Positions 50,757-64,000 are shown, counted from the first letter of the stretch. The stretch: 64,000 bases of DNA from Utricularia gibba (GCA_002189035.1 CM007989.1:1178001-1242000), one strand, 5' to 3'. Numbers and translations are program-made. The notes: generated from the sequence alone by a model not told the origin.

Positions 50757-52309
50757 ATGGATACTGTTTTCAGACTTGTGACCACAACTCTTCAGTCTTC
50801 TTCGCAATCTTTCAACTCAGGTAGGACAACTTCCAGCAGCTCGAGATCGCAACGTCACTGCGGAGAAGAGGAAGAAGAAGAAGAATGCTTCAACATTTTC
50901 ATGGACGATGAAGACTTCTCCTCATCTTCCTACCACCACCACGCGGCTTCTTCCACCGCGGCCACACCTTCCCCGTCGAATGACGTCACTCTGGAGTTCC
51001 CATCGGCGATTTCGGGTCAAAACCCGAGATGGGCGTCGGAGATTCTGTCGGAAACGGCGAAGGCGATGGTTGAGAGAAACACGAACAGATTACAGCAGCT
51101 GATTTGGATGCTGAATGAGATGAGTTCACCATACGGTGACGTGGATCAGAAACTGGCATCTTACTTCGTGCAGGCGATGTTCGGGCGCATGACGGATTCC
51201 GGCGAGACCACCTACAAGACTCTAGTCTCCGCTTCGGAGAGAAACTCCTCCTTCGAATCGACTCGAAGAATGGTGTTGAGATTCCAGGAAGTTAGTCCGT
51301 GGACCATGTTCGGACATGTAGCTTGTAATGGCGCCATTATGGAAGCCTTTGAGGGTGAAACCAAGCTCCACATCATCGACATTAGTAACACCTTCTGCAC
51401 CCAATGGCCTACTTTGCTCGAATCCATCGCCACCCGCTCCTCCGACACGCCGCACCTCACCCTCACCGTCGTCGTCCTCCGCACCAACTCTAAGGTAGTG
51501 TCTCTTTATCCGTTATTTTCATCATTTTTCAAAATGAAACCCAACCATAATGGATTCAGAACGGGATCTGAAGACCCCCTTTCCAATTTCATGATCATCA
51601 AACCCTAATTTTATGAATCATACTAATTTAGTTTCTGAAAGTGCAGGTCATGAAAGAGATAGGCAGTAGAATGGAGAAATTTGCTCGTCTGATGGGAGTG
51701 CCGTTCAAGTTCAACGTGAAACACCACGAGGGCGATCTCTCGTCTCTGAATTTGTTCGAACTCGACGTCAAAGACGGCGAAGCAGTCGCGATCAACTGCG
51801 TGGGCGCAATGCATACAGTTTCGCCGGTCGGGAACCACCGCGATGAGCTCATTTCGATGTTCCGACGATTACAACCGAGGGTGGTTACGATTGTCGAAGA
51901 AGAAGCCGATCTCGATGTGGTTATGGAGGGACCTGAATTTCTCAAGGGTTTCAATGAATGCCTGAGATGGTTTAGGGTTTACTTTGAGGCGTTGGATAGC
52001 AGCTTCCCAAGAACGAGCAACGAGCGCCTGATGTTGGAACGCGCGGCAGGTCGCGCCGTGGTGGACTTGGTTGCTTGTCCGCCAGAGGTCTCAGTTGAGA
52101 GGCGCGACACGGCGGTGAGATGGACACGGCGGTTGCATGGAGGTGGATTCAGGCCGTTTTTGTTTAATGAGGAGGTGTGCGATGATGTACGGTCGTTGTT
52201 GAGGAAGTACAAGGAAGGATGGACGATGAGTCAGAGCCAAGATTCCGCCGGAATATTCCTTTCTTGGAAGGATCAACCCGTTGTATGGGCCAGCGCATGG
52301 AAACCCTGA
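50757..52309 (+). CDS. SHR: GRAS transcription factor SHORT-ROOT; exons 50757-51494 and 51647-52309
   Basis: MDTVFRLV N-terminus, [111 protein letters not shown]. Confidence 0.96.
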
Positions 52310-52891
52310 TGATCTAAAAATTCACCTTTTTCCCCATAATTAAGAATATGGGCTTTTTTTTCATGATTTTTTGTCCTAACCTGATGAATCATTCACTAAC
52401 TGGAATGCATCTAACGAATCAGATGCCATTTAGCAGATGTTGCTGTTGCAAGAAATTGTGTGCAGGTAAAATGCAGAGTGAAAAGTGATGCTCTCGGTCC
52501 ACACCCTAAGATTTACTATTGGTTAGTGGGAACTTCTTTTAAGGGGTTCACTTTCTTGTGATAAGACCTGTCCCCCTCTTTTCACTTTTAACCTTCCGTC
52601 ACATATGAAGACTCACTCTAAAGTCACCTGCATCTTCATGTCCTATGACTGTTTCTGGTAGTTTCCCATAACCCATATCAGGCGCACCACATTACCCAAT
52701 GTCTGGGGTGGTTCATTTCATTCAATCACATAATGATATATACTACAGGAATGTGTAAAAGTGAGTTGGAAGATGTGGTGCACTAAAAGTAGTACATTTC
52801 TGGGTGGATGCTTCTCTTCTGGACAGTTGCTTCTGTAGCTTCAACAAGGAATGAGAAGCAGTTGTATCCCCTGCATTCATCCTTTGCTAGA

Positions 52892-55800
52892 TCAAGAGGA
52901 TGGGTCAATCAATTTTTGAGCAATGTGTAGCTTTCTCTTGTCATCTTCACAGTTTTCTGGATCCTCGACCTCCATGGTTAGTTTGGAGTGGAGCTTCTCA
53001 ATAAAGGACAGCATCCTAATGGGTCTTTCCCATCTCCTGTTTTCAGGGCTCATTAGTTTTACAAACACATAACGAACAAGGCCTAGCACAATGTCAAATT
53101 TCTTCTCTTGCAATGTGATCTGCGAGCTGTTCAATAGAATTAATCCAATGGCGTCCAGAATGTCAATGTTTGCTTTGAGTAGCTTGCATTTTGCTTCAAG
53201 TAGTTTCTTAAAGACTGGGAAGTACTTGGCATGTTCAACTCTCTCTGTCTCTGATTCTTCATCCTCAAGTTCACGTAGTTCGATTCTGGCTAATGTGTAA
53301 AACCAAGAAGGGAAACCGAGTGAAGCATTCTCAAAGGAATCACTACACCCCCCTTCTCCAGACGACTGTTTGAGAAGGGAGTGAGATCCCAAAGCCAGGA
53401 TCAGATCAGGGAGCCATGGTTTCACTACTGAGACGAAGCGAGATGCATATCCGGGGCTAAGTAACTCTTCAATAGAAACGGGGAGGTTCCACAGTTCATT
53501 GACAAGAGCATAAGCTTCTGCAATGGGTAAGGGAAGCTCACGAGACTTGAGCACAAGGCTGAGGAGTTTGGCCCCATATGTGAAGGAACTTTTCAGGCAG
53601 ACAAATATGGCATCTATGTCTTGTTCAGTGAACTGTAACTGAGCAGTAGTACATTCCCTCAGCCTTGCAATAATGAACCTAAAACATTCTGTGGCGAAAC
53701 TCAAGCATCTTTCATGGTTGTGAAGAGCTGTATTCATTGTAATAACCTCGACAATGAACTGCAGAACTGTAGTTATAATCTTCACCATATTTGATATCCT
53801 GTAGCTTTTTGTACCTTTTCAAAGTAGAATTAAGATCACAGGAGAAAAGGTGAGTTCTAAAGACGCTGCATTCAACCAATAGTTTTAGTGAAAAAGCAGA
53901 GTGCTCCCATTGTTACTTGAGAATAGCTGAACTTACCATCTCGACATTCTTCAGGATCTGAGCTGCTTCCAGGTGCGATGTTACTCAAATTGCATGACTC
54001 TAGAATCAAAGTGTATGAGCACTTAAGTAAATGATCCAAAGCCAAATTTGAATACGTTTCCTGGAAATTTAACAGTTGAATTAGCCTCAAAATTAGTATG
54101 AATGCAGTAAAATAATATGCGTACCACTTGCCTGAAGGGAATCTTTGCCATGGTCTTTATTAATGCAATGAAGAGACATATTTAGTGACAGAGCTGTGTA
54201 TGCAGATACAGGATACACACTTATGGAGTCATTTTGCATGCAATGCAAAATGCTAAACTCAGATATACTTTTGAGTGCCGTGTGTGCATGTTCTAAAGAT
54301 TCTGAATTCAACATAGCTTTCCTTGTATCATCAGAAAGAAGTAAATCTTTTATTTGCCATGCTACTCCAACAGCAACCCCATAATCTTCCAAGAATCCAC
54401 TGTTTATGGACGATGACTTTTTTCTGTTGATTTCAGATCTCTTGGATGATCCTTTTTTGGAAGATTTATTCTTTTTCCTGGTATTCTGCTGTTGAACATC
54501 TTCACTCGATTCAGGATTGCACTTCGAAGCAGCCTTATGCAGTAATTCGGCCATAAATTTAAACATGTGGTCAAAGCAACCACCTGATAAGATCATCTTA
54601 TGGGCAGCCATTATCTCAGCTTGACGTTCAGGATCATCTATTAAACCATGGCATTCTTTAATTATTCCCATGCAACGTTCAAATATGTTAGAACTCACAT
54701 CAAAGGATATAACAGACGCAATTTTATAGATGCAAGATCGAGCTCTAGCAGTTCGAGCAACAGAAAAGAGAGTCTTCATTTTTTCAGCTGGCAATTCATC
54801 TTTTAAAGCTGCCAGGATAGAAGGATCCATACCCAGACTAGTACAAAGATGGCAGGCAGCAGTAAGTAGTGCCTCAATGTTTTCCTTATCAAGATTAGCT
54901 GCAGACGTGGTTAATCCAATAATAAATCTAAAGAGCTTTGTAAGTGATTTTGGAGATGCTCCTTCAGATGCTGCAAATTCACAAAACCTTGCTCCAGCTT
55001 TTGGAGACCTTTTAATAAGAGTGATACAACGGTTACAGGCTTCTTCCTCTGTTACTTTAGAAGGTAAGTAGGATGGGATAAGAAGCTTGGTAATTTTCCT
55101 TGAGATAATTGGTTGGTCATCAGCAAGGAGAGAAAAGATTGCATCCACAGGCGCCACCTGAAGTAAGAAAATTCTATTACAAAAATGAAGAAAAAAACAT
55201 CAAAGTTGTTGGCAGTTTTCACCTGGTGGATGTGAAAATTTCGCGTTTTGTTCAAAAGAAGCAGAAGATCCAAAAAGGCAGAGCATATCACAGATGAAGA
55301 ATCCTCTATCAGATTGCCTAGCTTGGGCAAAAGAATCTTCAGAACCTCATGAGATCGTGGATTATCAAGTAAATATACGACACCCTTGATTGTTGCCAGT
55401 CTAACATCAGTGGAAGCGTCATCCTTCATGTAATAAACTATTTTTGTAATAATCTTCTTGATACAGGGTGAAGGAATAACTTCCCAGTACTGATGAAGTA
55501 TTCTACAGCATCCTTCCACTGCTACGACTCTCACATCCGGGCACTCATCCATGAGCAGTTTCTCTAACAGAAAGAATTGCTTTTCCAGTAGCATATCTTT
55601 GTCCTCATTAGTGGATAGAGGGTCCTCCAAGGGAAATAGCTCTATTAGCAAGAACAAAGCATTTCGGCGCACATTTGAGTTTGCTACCTGCAACAAGCAT
55701 AGCAACTTCTGTATCACATGCATAAGTTCATCTTCATACAATCTCAAGCAGAAGAAACAGCTAAAAAATGCTTTCTCATGGACTCTAACACACCTATTAT

Positions 55801-56976
55801 CCGAGCATAATGTAAAGACATACATGAACTTTAAAGCATAGACAGTCATGAAACTTGGTTATCAACTTTAAAGCACGTTGAATCCTACAAGATCACAAAA
55901 ATTAGAACCTGAAGTGAACGAAAAATCACAGGCTCAGACAGTTGAAAAATCATGGATGCAACTCCATCTGTGGTCCTGTTGGTCACAAAAACCCCCAAAA
56001 TTCTCCTGATGGATGCAGATAATGTCTCTGAACTTGCATAGATAGCACCCTCAATCAATACTTCTATAAAGCCTCTCTCAATTTCATGCTTTATTTCACC
56101 CTCAACACCTTTCCATGCTCTGAAAATAATTTCGCCATACGCCTCCAGCGCTGCTTTATCCCCAAACGGGATCTGAGACTTTATCAGGGCACACACTTCC
56201 TTTGTAATTTGCAGACTAAGGCCAATGATGAAAGAAATGAACTTTACACCATCCTCTGTCTTCAAATACAAAGGCGATATTACACAACGAATCAACAAGT
56301 TTTTCAAATCCTCAATACTCTCATCCTCAAAATCAAATAACAGAAAAGAATCACGCAGCATATATAGTCTGTGGACATCGGTTTTCTTCTTCAAAGTTAA
56401 CGACCGTGAGAGAATAACTGGCAATGACAATGAGATTAATGTTTCTTTCCCCAATAAATCTTTCTTCCACCAATCTTCACAAAGATCTGCAATCTCAGAT
56501 AGCAAGATTTCTTCAGATTCGAAAAAAATCAAGTTATCATGCAATTCTTGCGCTGAGGGCAGCAAATCAGAAACCTCAAAGACATTCTGGGGATGACAAA
56601 TACAGACGTGCAATATATACGCATAAACCCTCAACTTCCCTGCAACAGACAGCTTCTCATCGTCGTACTTCCCACTTGGAGATTCATCTCTTTCCTTCTT
56701 GTTTCTAGCTGACCTGCGAACACGCTTTGCGACTGGAGTTATCGGAGACACATTGGAGTCATACTCCGTTGTGTACTTTCTGAATTTCGCGATGTTGTGC
56801 GAAATGGAATTGCGAAGCGCGGTTGGAAACGTGGAAGATAAATCAGAGGAGGGTTTGATTGAAGTGACAATCGCATCCCTGATTATTGATTTCGAAGAAC
56901 GGAAAGGCAACGCTGCGGCGGAGGAGAGGAATTCCTCGGCGGAGGTCTGAAGGGACGACCGTAGTCTCTTCGCCAT
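52892..56976 (-). CDS. CAPG2: Condensin II HEAT subunit CAP-G2 (HEB1); exons 56976-55909, 55687-55223, 55157-54132, 54060-53937, 53814-52892
   Basis: MAKRLRSSLQTSAEEFLSSA, LWEDWWKKDL-type segment CEDWWKKDLLGKETLISLSLP, VIFRSLQ|VANSNVRRNAL, LFPLEDP, KLLMDECPDVRVVAVEG; frame consistent with one GC-AG intron. Confidence 0.92.
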
Positions 56977-57307
56977 GGCTAACACGCCTTCCCTCGGCCG
57001 TGAATGGAGTTTCTGATTTTCCGCATTTTCGTTTTGAATTTCACTTTGGCGGCACTGGAACGGAATTCCCACAAATTTACAATCGACAGAGAGTAAAAAA
57101 GATATCTTTTGTTTGTACAGTCTTCTTCTGAATAAACCTTTTCTTTTCATCCATTATCTCATTCTGCGCCAGTCCCTTGAATCGCGGGTGCGTAAACCCT
57201 GCAAAAACCTTCGATCATTTCTCATTGAGAGAAGTTTTAGCTATGAAATTGCAGCAGTTCTGGATGTAATTCTTGGCAAAGTTCGAACCTTTCCCATTTT
57301 CATCACC

Positions 57308-59503
57308 ATGGAGCCGTGTTCTTCGCTGGTGTCACTTTCCACTGCAGACTTATCCTTTTCCTCCTCGCTCTTGTTGGTTCCTTTCCAAACCCATTTCAAA
57401 GTCCCCAATTTCCGTTCAAGATTCAAAGTTTTAGCTGTAGCAGTTGACCCAAAGGAGCTTCCACAGAACAGCCCCAGAGACTATTGAAGGAGTTAGCGGA
57501 GCGGAAAAGGGCAGTTTCCCCAAAGAAAAAAGCGCCCCCGAGGAGGTTCATTCTTAAGCCCCCGCTTGACGATGCAAAGCTAGTTGAAAGATTTCTCAAT
57601 AGCCCACAATTATCATTGAAGTCTTTTCCTTTATTGAGTTCGTGCTTGCCTTCGTCGCGTTTGAATAATGCTGATAAAACTTGGATCGATGAATACTTGC
57701 TGGAGGCGAAACAGGCTTTGGGGTATCCATTGGAGTCTTCAGAAAATTATGGTGATGATAATCCTGCGAAGCAGTTTGATACGTTGCTGTATTTAGCTTT
57801 TCAGCACCCACATTGTGAGAGAACTAATGCTAGGCATGTGCGATCGGGGCATTCTCGGCTGTGGTTCCTTGGCCAGTATGTACTTGAACAGGCGCTCTGT
57901 GAGTTTTTCTTGCAGAGATATCCGAGGGAGTCACCCGGACCTATGAGGGAAAGGGTGTATGCTTTGATAGGGAAGAGATATTTGCCCAAGTGGATCAAAG
58001 CCGCTTCTTTGCATAATTTGGTTTTTCAGTTTGACGACATGGACAAGCTCATTAGAAAGGATAGAGAACCACCTGTGAAGTATGCTGCTATTCTGCTATC
58101 ATACTTTTAATTTTTAAGTTGTCATAACAGCATAAGGCAATCAAGTTTTAGATTTTGGGGGCAGTAAGATGAATCCATTTTTTTAGTGAATTCTCGAATA
58201 TGTCAGATGTTGTGGCGGCTATTGTTACTTATGCGTTCGTCTGGAATTCTTGTCAACAGGATCATTTGGTTCACTAGCTGTCTAGTTTGCAGGATAATGC
58301 TATGATGTAGCATTCTTTGCTAAATGATTCTTGATTTTTTTCTTAGTGACCTTTGATGAAAAGCAACATTGCTCCTAACTTGTCAATGTCATTTGTATGT
58401 AGAATGTAATGAAATGCTGTGACTGTAAACTGGCAGGTCTGTTTTTTGGGCTCTGTTTGGTGCAATATACCTATGTTTTGGCATGCCAGAAGTCTATCGT
58501 ATTTTATTTGAAGTCTTTGGGATGGATCCTGAGGCTGAAGATTGCCAACCTAAAGAGAGGCGACAGCTCGAGGATGTAGACCACGTCCCTGTTGAGTTTG
58601 AAAGCCGAAAACTCAGTTGGCAAGATGTTGCTGCTTATAAGGCAAGCCTTGTAATTTGCCTCTCCTTGAGAAATGACTGAGAGTAGGTTATGAGACCCTT
58701 TTTGATAATCTTCTTGTAATTTGTTCTCCAGGCTCCTGAAGATGCTCTTTTTACTCATCCACGGCTTTTCCGAGCTTGTGTTCCTCCCGGCATGCATCGT
58801 TTCCGTGGAAACATTTGGGATTATGATAGTAGGCCTCAAGTCATGAAAATTCTTGGATACCCCTTGTCTGTGGTGGATAGAATTCCTGAGATCACAGAAG
58901 CCAGGAATATTGAGCTTGGGCTTGGATTGCAGGTAACACCTTACCATTGCCTTTCATACCTCCCTGGTTTCCTTCTACGAATTTCAAGCTTTTTCCGTTG
59001 TGCCTGAACAATGCAGCTCTCTTTCCTTCATCCATCAAAATACAAATTTGAACATCCCCGGTTCTGCTTTGAGCGCCTTGAGTATGTTGGGCAAAAAATC
59101 CAGGTCTGTGCTCATTCAGTTTCTCGAATTCCTGGCATTTCACCAAACTGGGCGATGATATATCTATCCCCTTGTGCTTATACAGGACCTGGTGATGGCT
59201 GAGAGGTTGCTGATAAAGCATCTGGATGCTCCTGGAAGGTGGCTACAAGAGAAACACCGGCGTGTTCTAATGAACAAGTACTGTGGCAAGTATTTGAGAG
59301 CAAAGCGCCTCCACCCCTTCATCATCTACAGCGAGCAGGTGCAAGACGCGTACGACAACAACCGGAGGCTGCGGAACCCGGCCACCACTTCGGTGCAGCA
59401 AGCGATCCATGGACTTGCTTACACGGTTTATGGAAAGCCTGAAGTTAGGCGTCTGATGTTCGAAGTATTCGATTTTGAGCAGGTGCAGCCGAAGGCTGTT
59501 TGA
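57308..59503 (+). CDS. RNC1: Chloroplast RNase III-domain group II intron splicing factor RNC1; exons 57308-58079, 58437-58641, 58732-58932, 59017-59103, 59186-59503; 1-nt frameshift at 57472-57475
   Basis: (Q)RLLKELAERK, RFLNSPQLSLKSFPLLSSCLP, HSRLWFLGQYVLE, RYPRESPGPMRERV, HPRFCFERLEYVGQKIQ and end FDFEQVQPKAV* match the recalled RNC1. Confidence 0.95.
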
Positions 59504-59896
59504 GCTGTAGAGCAAAGGGGTTCAGCGTCAGATTAGTGATTCAATGGATGATCAGTGGCATCTGTGTTATGTGTAGTTTTGAGATGACATGGTAGAGCAC
59601 TGCAATGGACTACTGCACACCATTTGCTCTTGGGGACGAAGATCATTTGTGGTGTAAATTGCTATTTCTTAAACATTTGGGGTAAATTTGGAAAATCGGT
59701 AAGCATATGGACTTAATTGAAAAAATGGGAAGTGAATGGACTGTAAATTTTTTTTTTGAGAGTTTTGGGGTAAATGTGAAAAAGAAGAAAGTGGAAGGAT
59801 GGATTAAGTTGAAAACAAATATACTTGTTTCTGTGATTTGGGCCGGAGTTTGCTTCTGCGGGGGGAAGGAAGGGGTTGAAGCTTCGGGGAAGCCTG

Positions 59897-61826
59897 ATGA
59901 GACTTTCATGGCAGCGGTGTGCTACGCTTCTCACCGCGATTCTGTTGCTGAAGTTTGTAACCTGCGATCAGATCATACCAGGACACCCAGGTGCGACTCA
60001 TTTTAATCTATCTTTCTGGGTCATTTTTCCGCTCGTAAATTTTTACCCATATCAGTTCCTAGGTTTTCGGCTTGTCCAAAGTTTGTGCATTTCTAAGTGG
60101 GTAGATCTTGTTTCTGAAATTTTATGTGAAATTGGAGAAGAAAGTAACGGTTGAGCTGAAGGAGACTCCGCTGTTAAGTTCATGGGTATGCGTTAGGATT
60201 TCAAATGTTATTGATATGCATTTAAGGTGTGTTTTGACAGGAATGTTTAGTTGCTAGATTGTTGGAGATTCCTCTAAACCGTTGATAACGAATCTGCAGT
60301 TGTACTTTTGATGATTTATGTTTTAGTTTTTGTCTTTGTCGTATCATTTTTCTTTTTCGATTCAGGCGTTTCCTTCGTCCGGAGCTCCAGAGAACCGAAA
60401 TTCACAATCGAGTTCCATTCAGATGATATGAATTACCACCCTGTAAGTGACGCTGCGTATTCCATCTTATCTGCGTTTTTTTATTCTTTTTGGGTGCTTT
60501 GTTAGTGGATAATTTCGTATTGCTGCTACAGTCTTGATCTGTTACTGACTTTATGATATGGAGTCTGATGAGTATCTGGATTGAATGCACGTTTTTCTTT
60601 TGTTTCAGGGTGATGATCATGAGTCCATGGTTATGCAGAATAAAAATGGCGAAAAGTTTCACTGTTATCTTCCCAAATTAGAAAAATCCAAGAGTTCTAA
60701 GTTACCTTCCAGCAGAATGTGAGCGGTATTGTTGTCGAATCAGAAACACACACAAAATCAAAGACCCCAGATGAACTGTTGGATATCATGAAAGATATAT
60801 GCTTTATGAGGGTGAGTTTCCAAGTAATAGTTAATATAGTTGATATAAGAAGGTCTAGTAAACTAGAAAACTATATGAAAATGATTGTTTTCCCCCATGT
60901 GCCATTTTTTTTATATCCGTTTTTGTTATTGGGTCCTCACATTTCCGAGTATGTAAATTCAGCAAGAAGGTTGGTGGTCGTACGAGTTTTGCTATAAAAA
61001 TCATCTGCGGCAAATTCATGCGGAGGATGGTAAGGTATATATTTCTTTTCTTGTTATAGAGTATAAGCCGGTTTCTTTGATGAACTTTGTTTCCTGTGTG
61101 TTCTGACAATTCCAAATCAAACTTCTCACAGGCTGTTCAAGAATTTGTTTTGGGAAAATACGATGCTGAAGCTACTGAAGCTTACCATAAGAACCATTCT
61201 AATGTTTCAACATTGAAAGATCTCAGTTCAAAAGATGCATCCCAGAGGTACAAAATTTCGTTGCACTGGAAAATTATACTCCTGAATAATATTGGATCTC
61301 TTATATATAGATATATGCTGAATCTGTGAGGGCTTACTTTTCTATCAGGTACCACGTTCATATATTTAATAATGGAACCCTTTGCGACTTAACAAACGAG
61401 CCACGAGAGACTGAGGTCAGTGAATGATTCTCCTATCCGTATGTTCGCGCATTGCTTAGTACATGGTTCATGTTTGTCGTTCCAGGTCAGATTTGTGTGC
61501 AGCGAACCCAGGGCTATGATTAGTTCAATCACAGAACTGTCAACCTGCAAGTATGCTCTCACATTCCAGAGTCCAATCCTCTGCAAGCACCCGTAAGAAA
61601 CTTTACGACTGGTTCAAGCATCTGTTTGTGTTGGATTTACATATGATATTCATTGATGTGCAGATCATTTCAAGATGAAAGGCCAGCGTCGTATACAATT
61701 CACTGTTTTCCTTTTTCTCAAGAGGAAACTGAGAAGATCCCCAAAAGCAGTAGTTCTGAAGGAGGGAAGCTGACAATTTTGGGTAATGATCTTTCACACC
61801 GCTTTGAAGAACATCCAGCTACCTGA
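59897..61826 (+). CDS. OS9: OS-9 homologue (ERAD MRH-domain lectin); 8 exons; 1-nt frameshift at 60709-60710
   Basis: Signal peptide, REPKFTIEFH, KTPDELL...CFMR|QEGWWSYEFCY, QEFVLG, YHVHIFNNGTLCDLTNEPRETE|VRFVC...ISSITELSTCKYALT. Confidence 0.92.
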
Positions 61827-62385
61827 GTATTTAGTTAGTTCCTATCCCCCCAATGCTTGGTTTCTGTTGCTGGAAGTATTTTATAAGATTTCACTGTGAC
61901 CACAATGGAAGCTCGATGCTTTTGAGTACCTGCTTCGATAAACCCAAAGAAATGATGATATGTAGTTACTCTTCCAAAAGTGTTAGAACCGGAGTCGAAA
62001 GAATTTTGTGAGAAAGCAATTCGAACAAATTGCGGACTTGTTAGAATAACAAGTATATTCTTGTAAAAAAAAGAATAGTCTTTTGAAGAACAGTGGTTGA
62101 AGTTGAAGACCGCGTTTGGTGGACGGAGCCCCCGAAGACGAAAACGTGTAAAATTTTGCATCTTGACACGAAGCGCAACGCGCCAATGCACAACTACTCG
62201 TTGGGGGTTCCTCCGGTAGGAGAAGAGAACAGCAAAGCGCCACGCTTTTTCCCACTACTGTTGACTTGCGCACCACATATTCGCTAAAGTTCGCATTAAA
62301 AAGCAATCTTTGACGATAACAACGCACGAAAGGCCTCTCTTTTAAGAGTGTAGGGGGTAATACAAATGCTTTTGATGGTGAGTGA

Positions 62386-64000
62386 ATGAGGGACCAGATG
62401 GAGAAGGATATGGGTGGTGAATCTGGGGAAGTTCTTCCCAATTGGGAAAGCATGGAGGAGAATTCATCTGCGGCGGCATCTGGGTCTGATGTTTCTGTCG
62501 GCAGAGCTACTTTTCCTGTGAGTTCTAGTCGCTTCTCTGGGTCTGCTGAAATGTGATCTACTTTATCTGTATCATTTCTTGTCTATTAATCTGCGTAAGA
62601 TTTCCTTTTCCAGTATTGCGCACAAGCGAATTTTAGTCTCTCCCGTTGTAGTCTGCAATTAAAGCTTAGATTTTTAGTAGTTGTTATATTTGACTGGAGA
62701 TCCAGAGTGCGGAAATCCGGCATATTGGATCCAAAATCTAGTTTAAGTTGGCAACAAATATTCCCATAGCCTGGGATATGTTTTGATTGGGTTGTCGAAC
62801 TGGAGACATTTTGCAGGTCCAGCGCCATGCCTTTCTGCAAGAGGCATATCAATTCTATGCTGACTGCCAAATTTGAATGGATTAATCTTCTAGCTTTCTG
62901 TTTAGTCTGTAGTCTACTGATTATCAAAAGGCTGCCTTTTTGGATTGCCTCAAAAGGAATTGCTCCCTCCCCTCTTAGTTTTGATTCTTGGAATTGCATT
63001 TCCCTTGTGATGTTTCATCTCTGTGTCATCCACCATGTGTACCTTGTTTATCTAATTATGGTGGATCTACAATTTAAACTAAGTTGGTAGCCTTTGTAGT
63101 GAAATAAGTGATGCATAGTTTTACAATATGGTTGTCTGAAATTTCCCTCTAGCTTCACATTGCAGCTGGAAAATGCTTCTGAAGATTCTTCTAAACCAAA
63201 AACAAACCAGGTACAGTTCAACTTCATCCCTTCCCGTCGCCATGGGAAGTGGTCCGATATCGGAGGACGATCCGAGATGGAGGACACTCATATTTGCATA
63301 CCTGATCTGGCTTCAAGCTATGGCTATCCTATGTGCAGTGAGGAAACTGCCATATCATTCTATGGAGTAAGTCATTTGGCAAAGCTCTGCTTTGTCTGAG
63401 AATCTACTTATCTCTCCCTTGTGTTGCCATCCAAGATATATGCGATTTGATCTTCTTGGGCAGGTGTTTGATGGCCATGGCGGAAAAGGCGCGGCGCAGT
63501 TTGTTCGTGATCACTTGCCGAGGATCATCGTTCAGGACTCCAAGTTCCCCTTGGAGCTTGACAAGGTGGTGACAAGATCCTTCATGGAGACGGATGCTGC
63601 CTTTGCCAAGGCCTGTTCTGTTGAGTCCACACTGTCATCCGGCACTACTGCACTAACTGCAATGATCTTTGGCAGGTAAATGAGCGCAAACCAACTTTTG
63701 CTAGCGAGTTTTGATGGTATCTGAGCTCTGTGTATGCTTGGAACAGGTCATTGCTGGTGGCTAATGCGGGGGATTGTCGCGCCGTGCTGTCGCGAAACGG
63801 AGTTGCGATCGAGATGTCTGTAGATCACAGACCTTGCTGTGTGGAAGAACGGGTGAGGATCGAATCGGTAGGAGGATATGTGGATGATGGATACTTGAAT
63901 GGCCAGCTGAGCGTCACACGGGCACTGGGAAACTGGCACATCAAGGGGCTGAAAGAGGGGGGCCTCCTGAGCGCAGAGCCTGAAGTGAGGCAAACAACAC
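62386..64000 (+). CDS. Protein phosphatase 2C (clade G-like), 5' part; exons 62386-62517, 63166-63366, 63464-63675, 63747->64000
   Basis: [18 protein letters not shown]|[53 protein letters not shown]; exon 1 less certain; runs off the window end. Confidence 0.9.

Overview
Eukaryotic (eudicot plant) nuclear DNA. It is very gene-dense: 24 protein-coding loci in 64 kb (about 1 per 2.7 kb), with many 62-90 nt introns and short AT-rich spacers, so an ultra-compact genome such as a Lentibulariaceae (Genlisea/Utricularia) is inferred, not proven. Gene order: LIP1 small GTPase (3' part), NOI/RIN4-family protein, plastid fructokinase, CML, WAV3-like RING-vWA E3, divergent RMD5, WDR5, an ACT-like-only bHLH derivative, a group IVa bHLH, peroxisomal MDH, Knr4/Smi1-like protein, an unidentified acidic candidate gene, XTH, CRWN4, PSK precursor, PP2-A10-like, GT34 galactosyltransferase, DUF4228/PADRE, DG1 PPR, SHR, CAP-G2, RNC1, OS9 and a PP2C (5' part). 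At least 12 frame breaks, nearly all single missing bases in short homopolymers, fall in 9 conserved genes; these are most likely assembly errors rather than pseudogenes. The best leads are (1) an intact, TATA-equipped, ACT-domain-only paralogue lying head-to-head with its full-length bHLH parent (candidate microProtein/dominant-negative regulator), (2) an apparently gained intron in normally intronless SHORT-ROOT, (3) a strongly diverged RMD5/GID2 and (4) an unidentified acidic gene plus several gene-less promoter-like modules. I found no tRNA, rRNA, CRISPR array or intact transposon. All assignments are from manual reading and recalled family knowledge; no searches were run.
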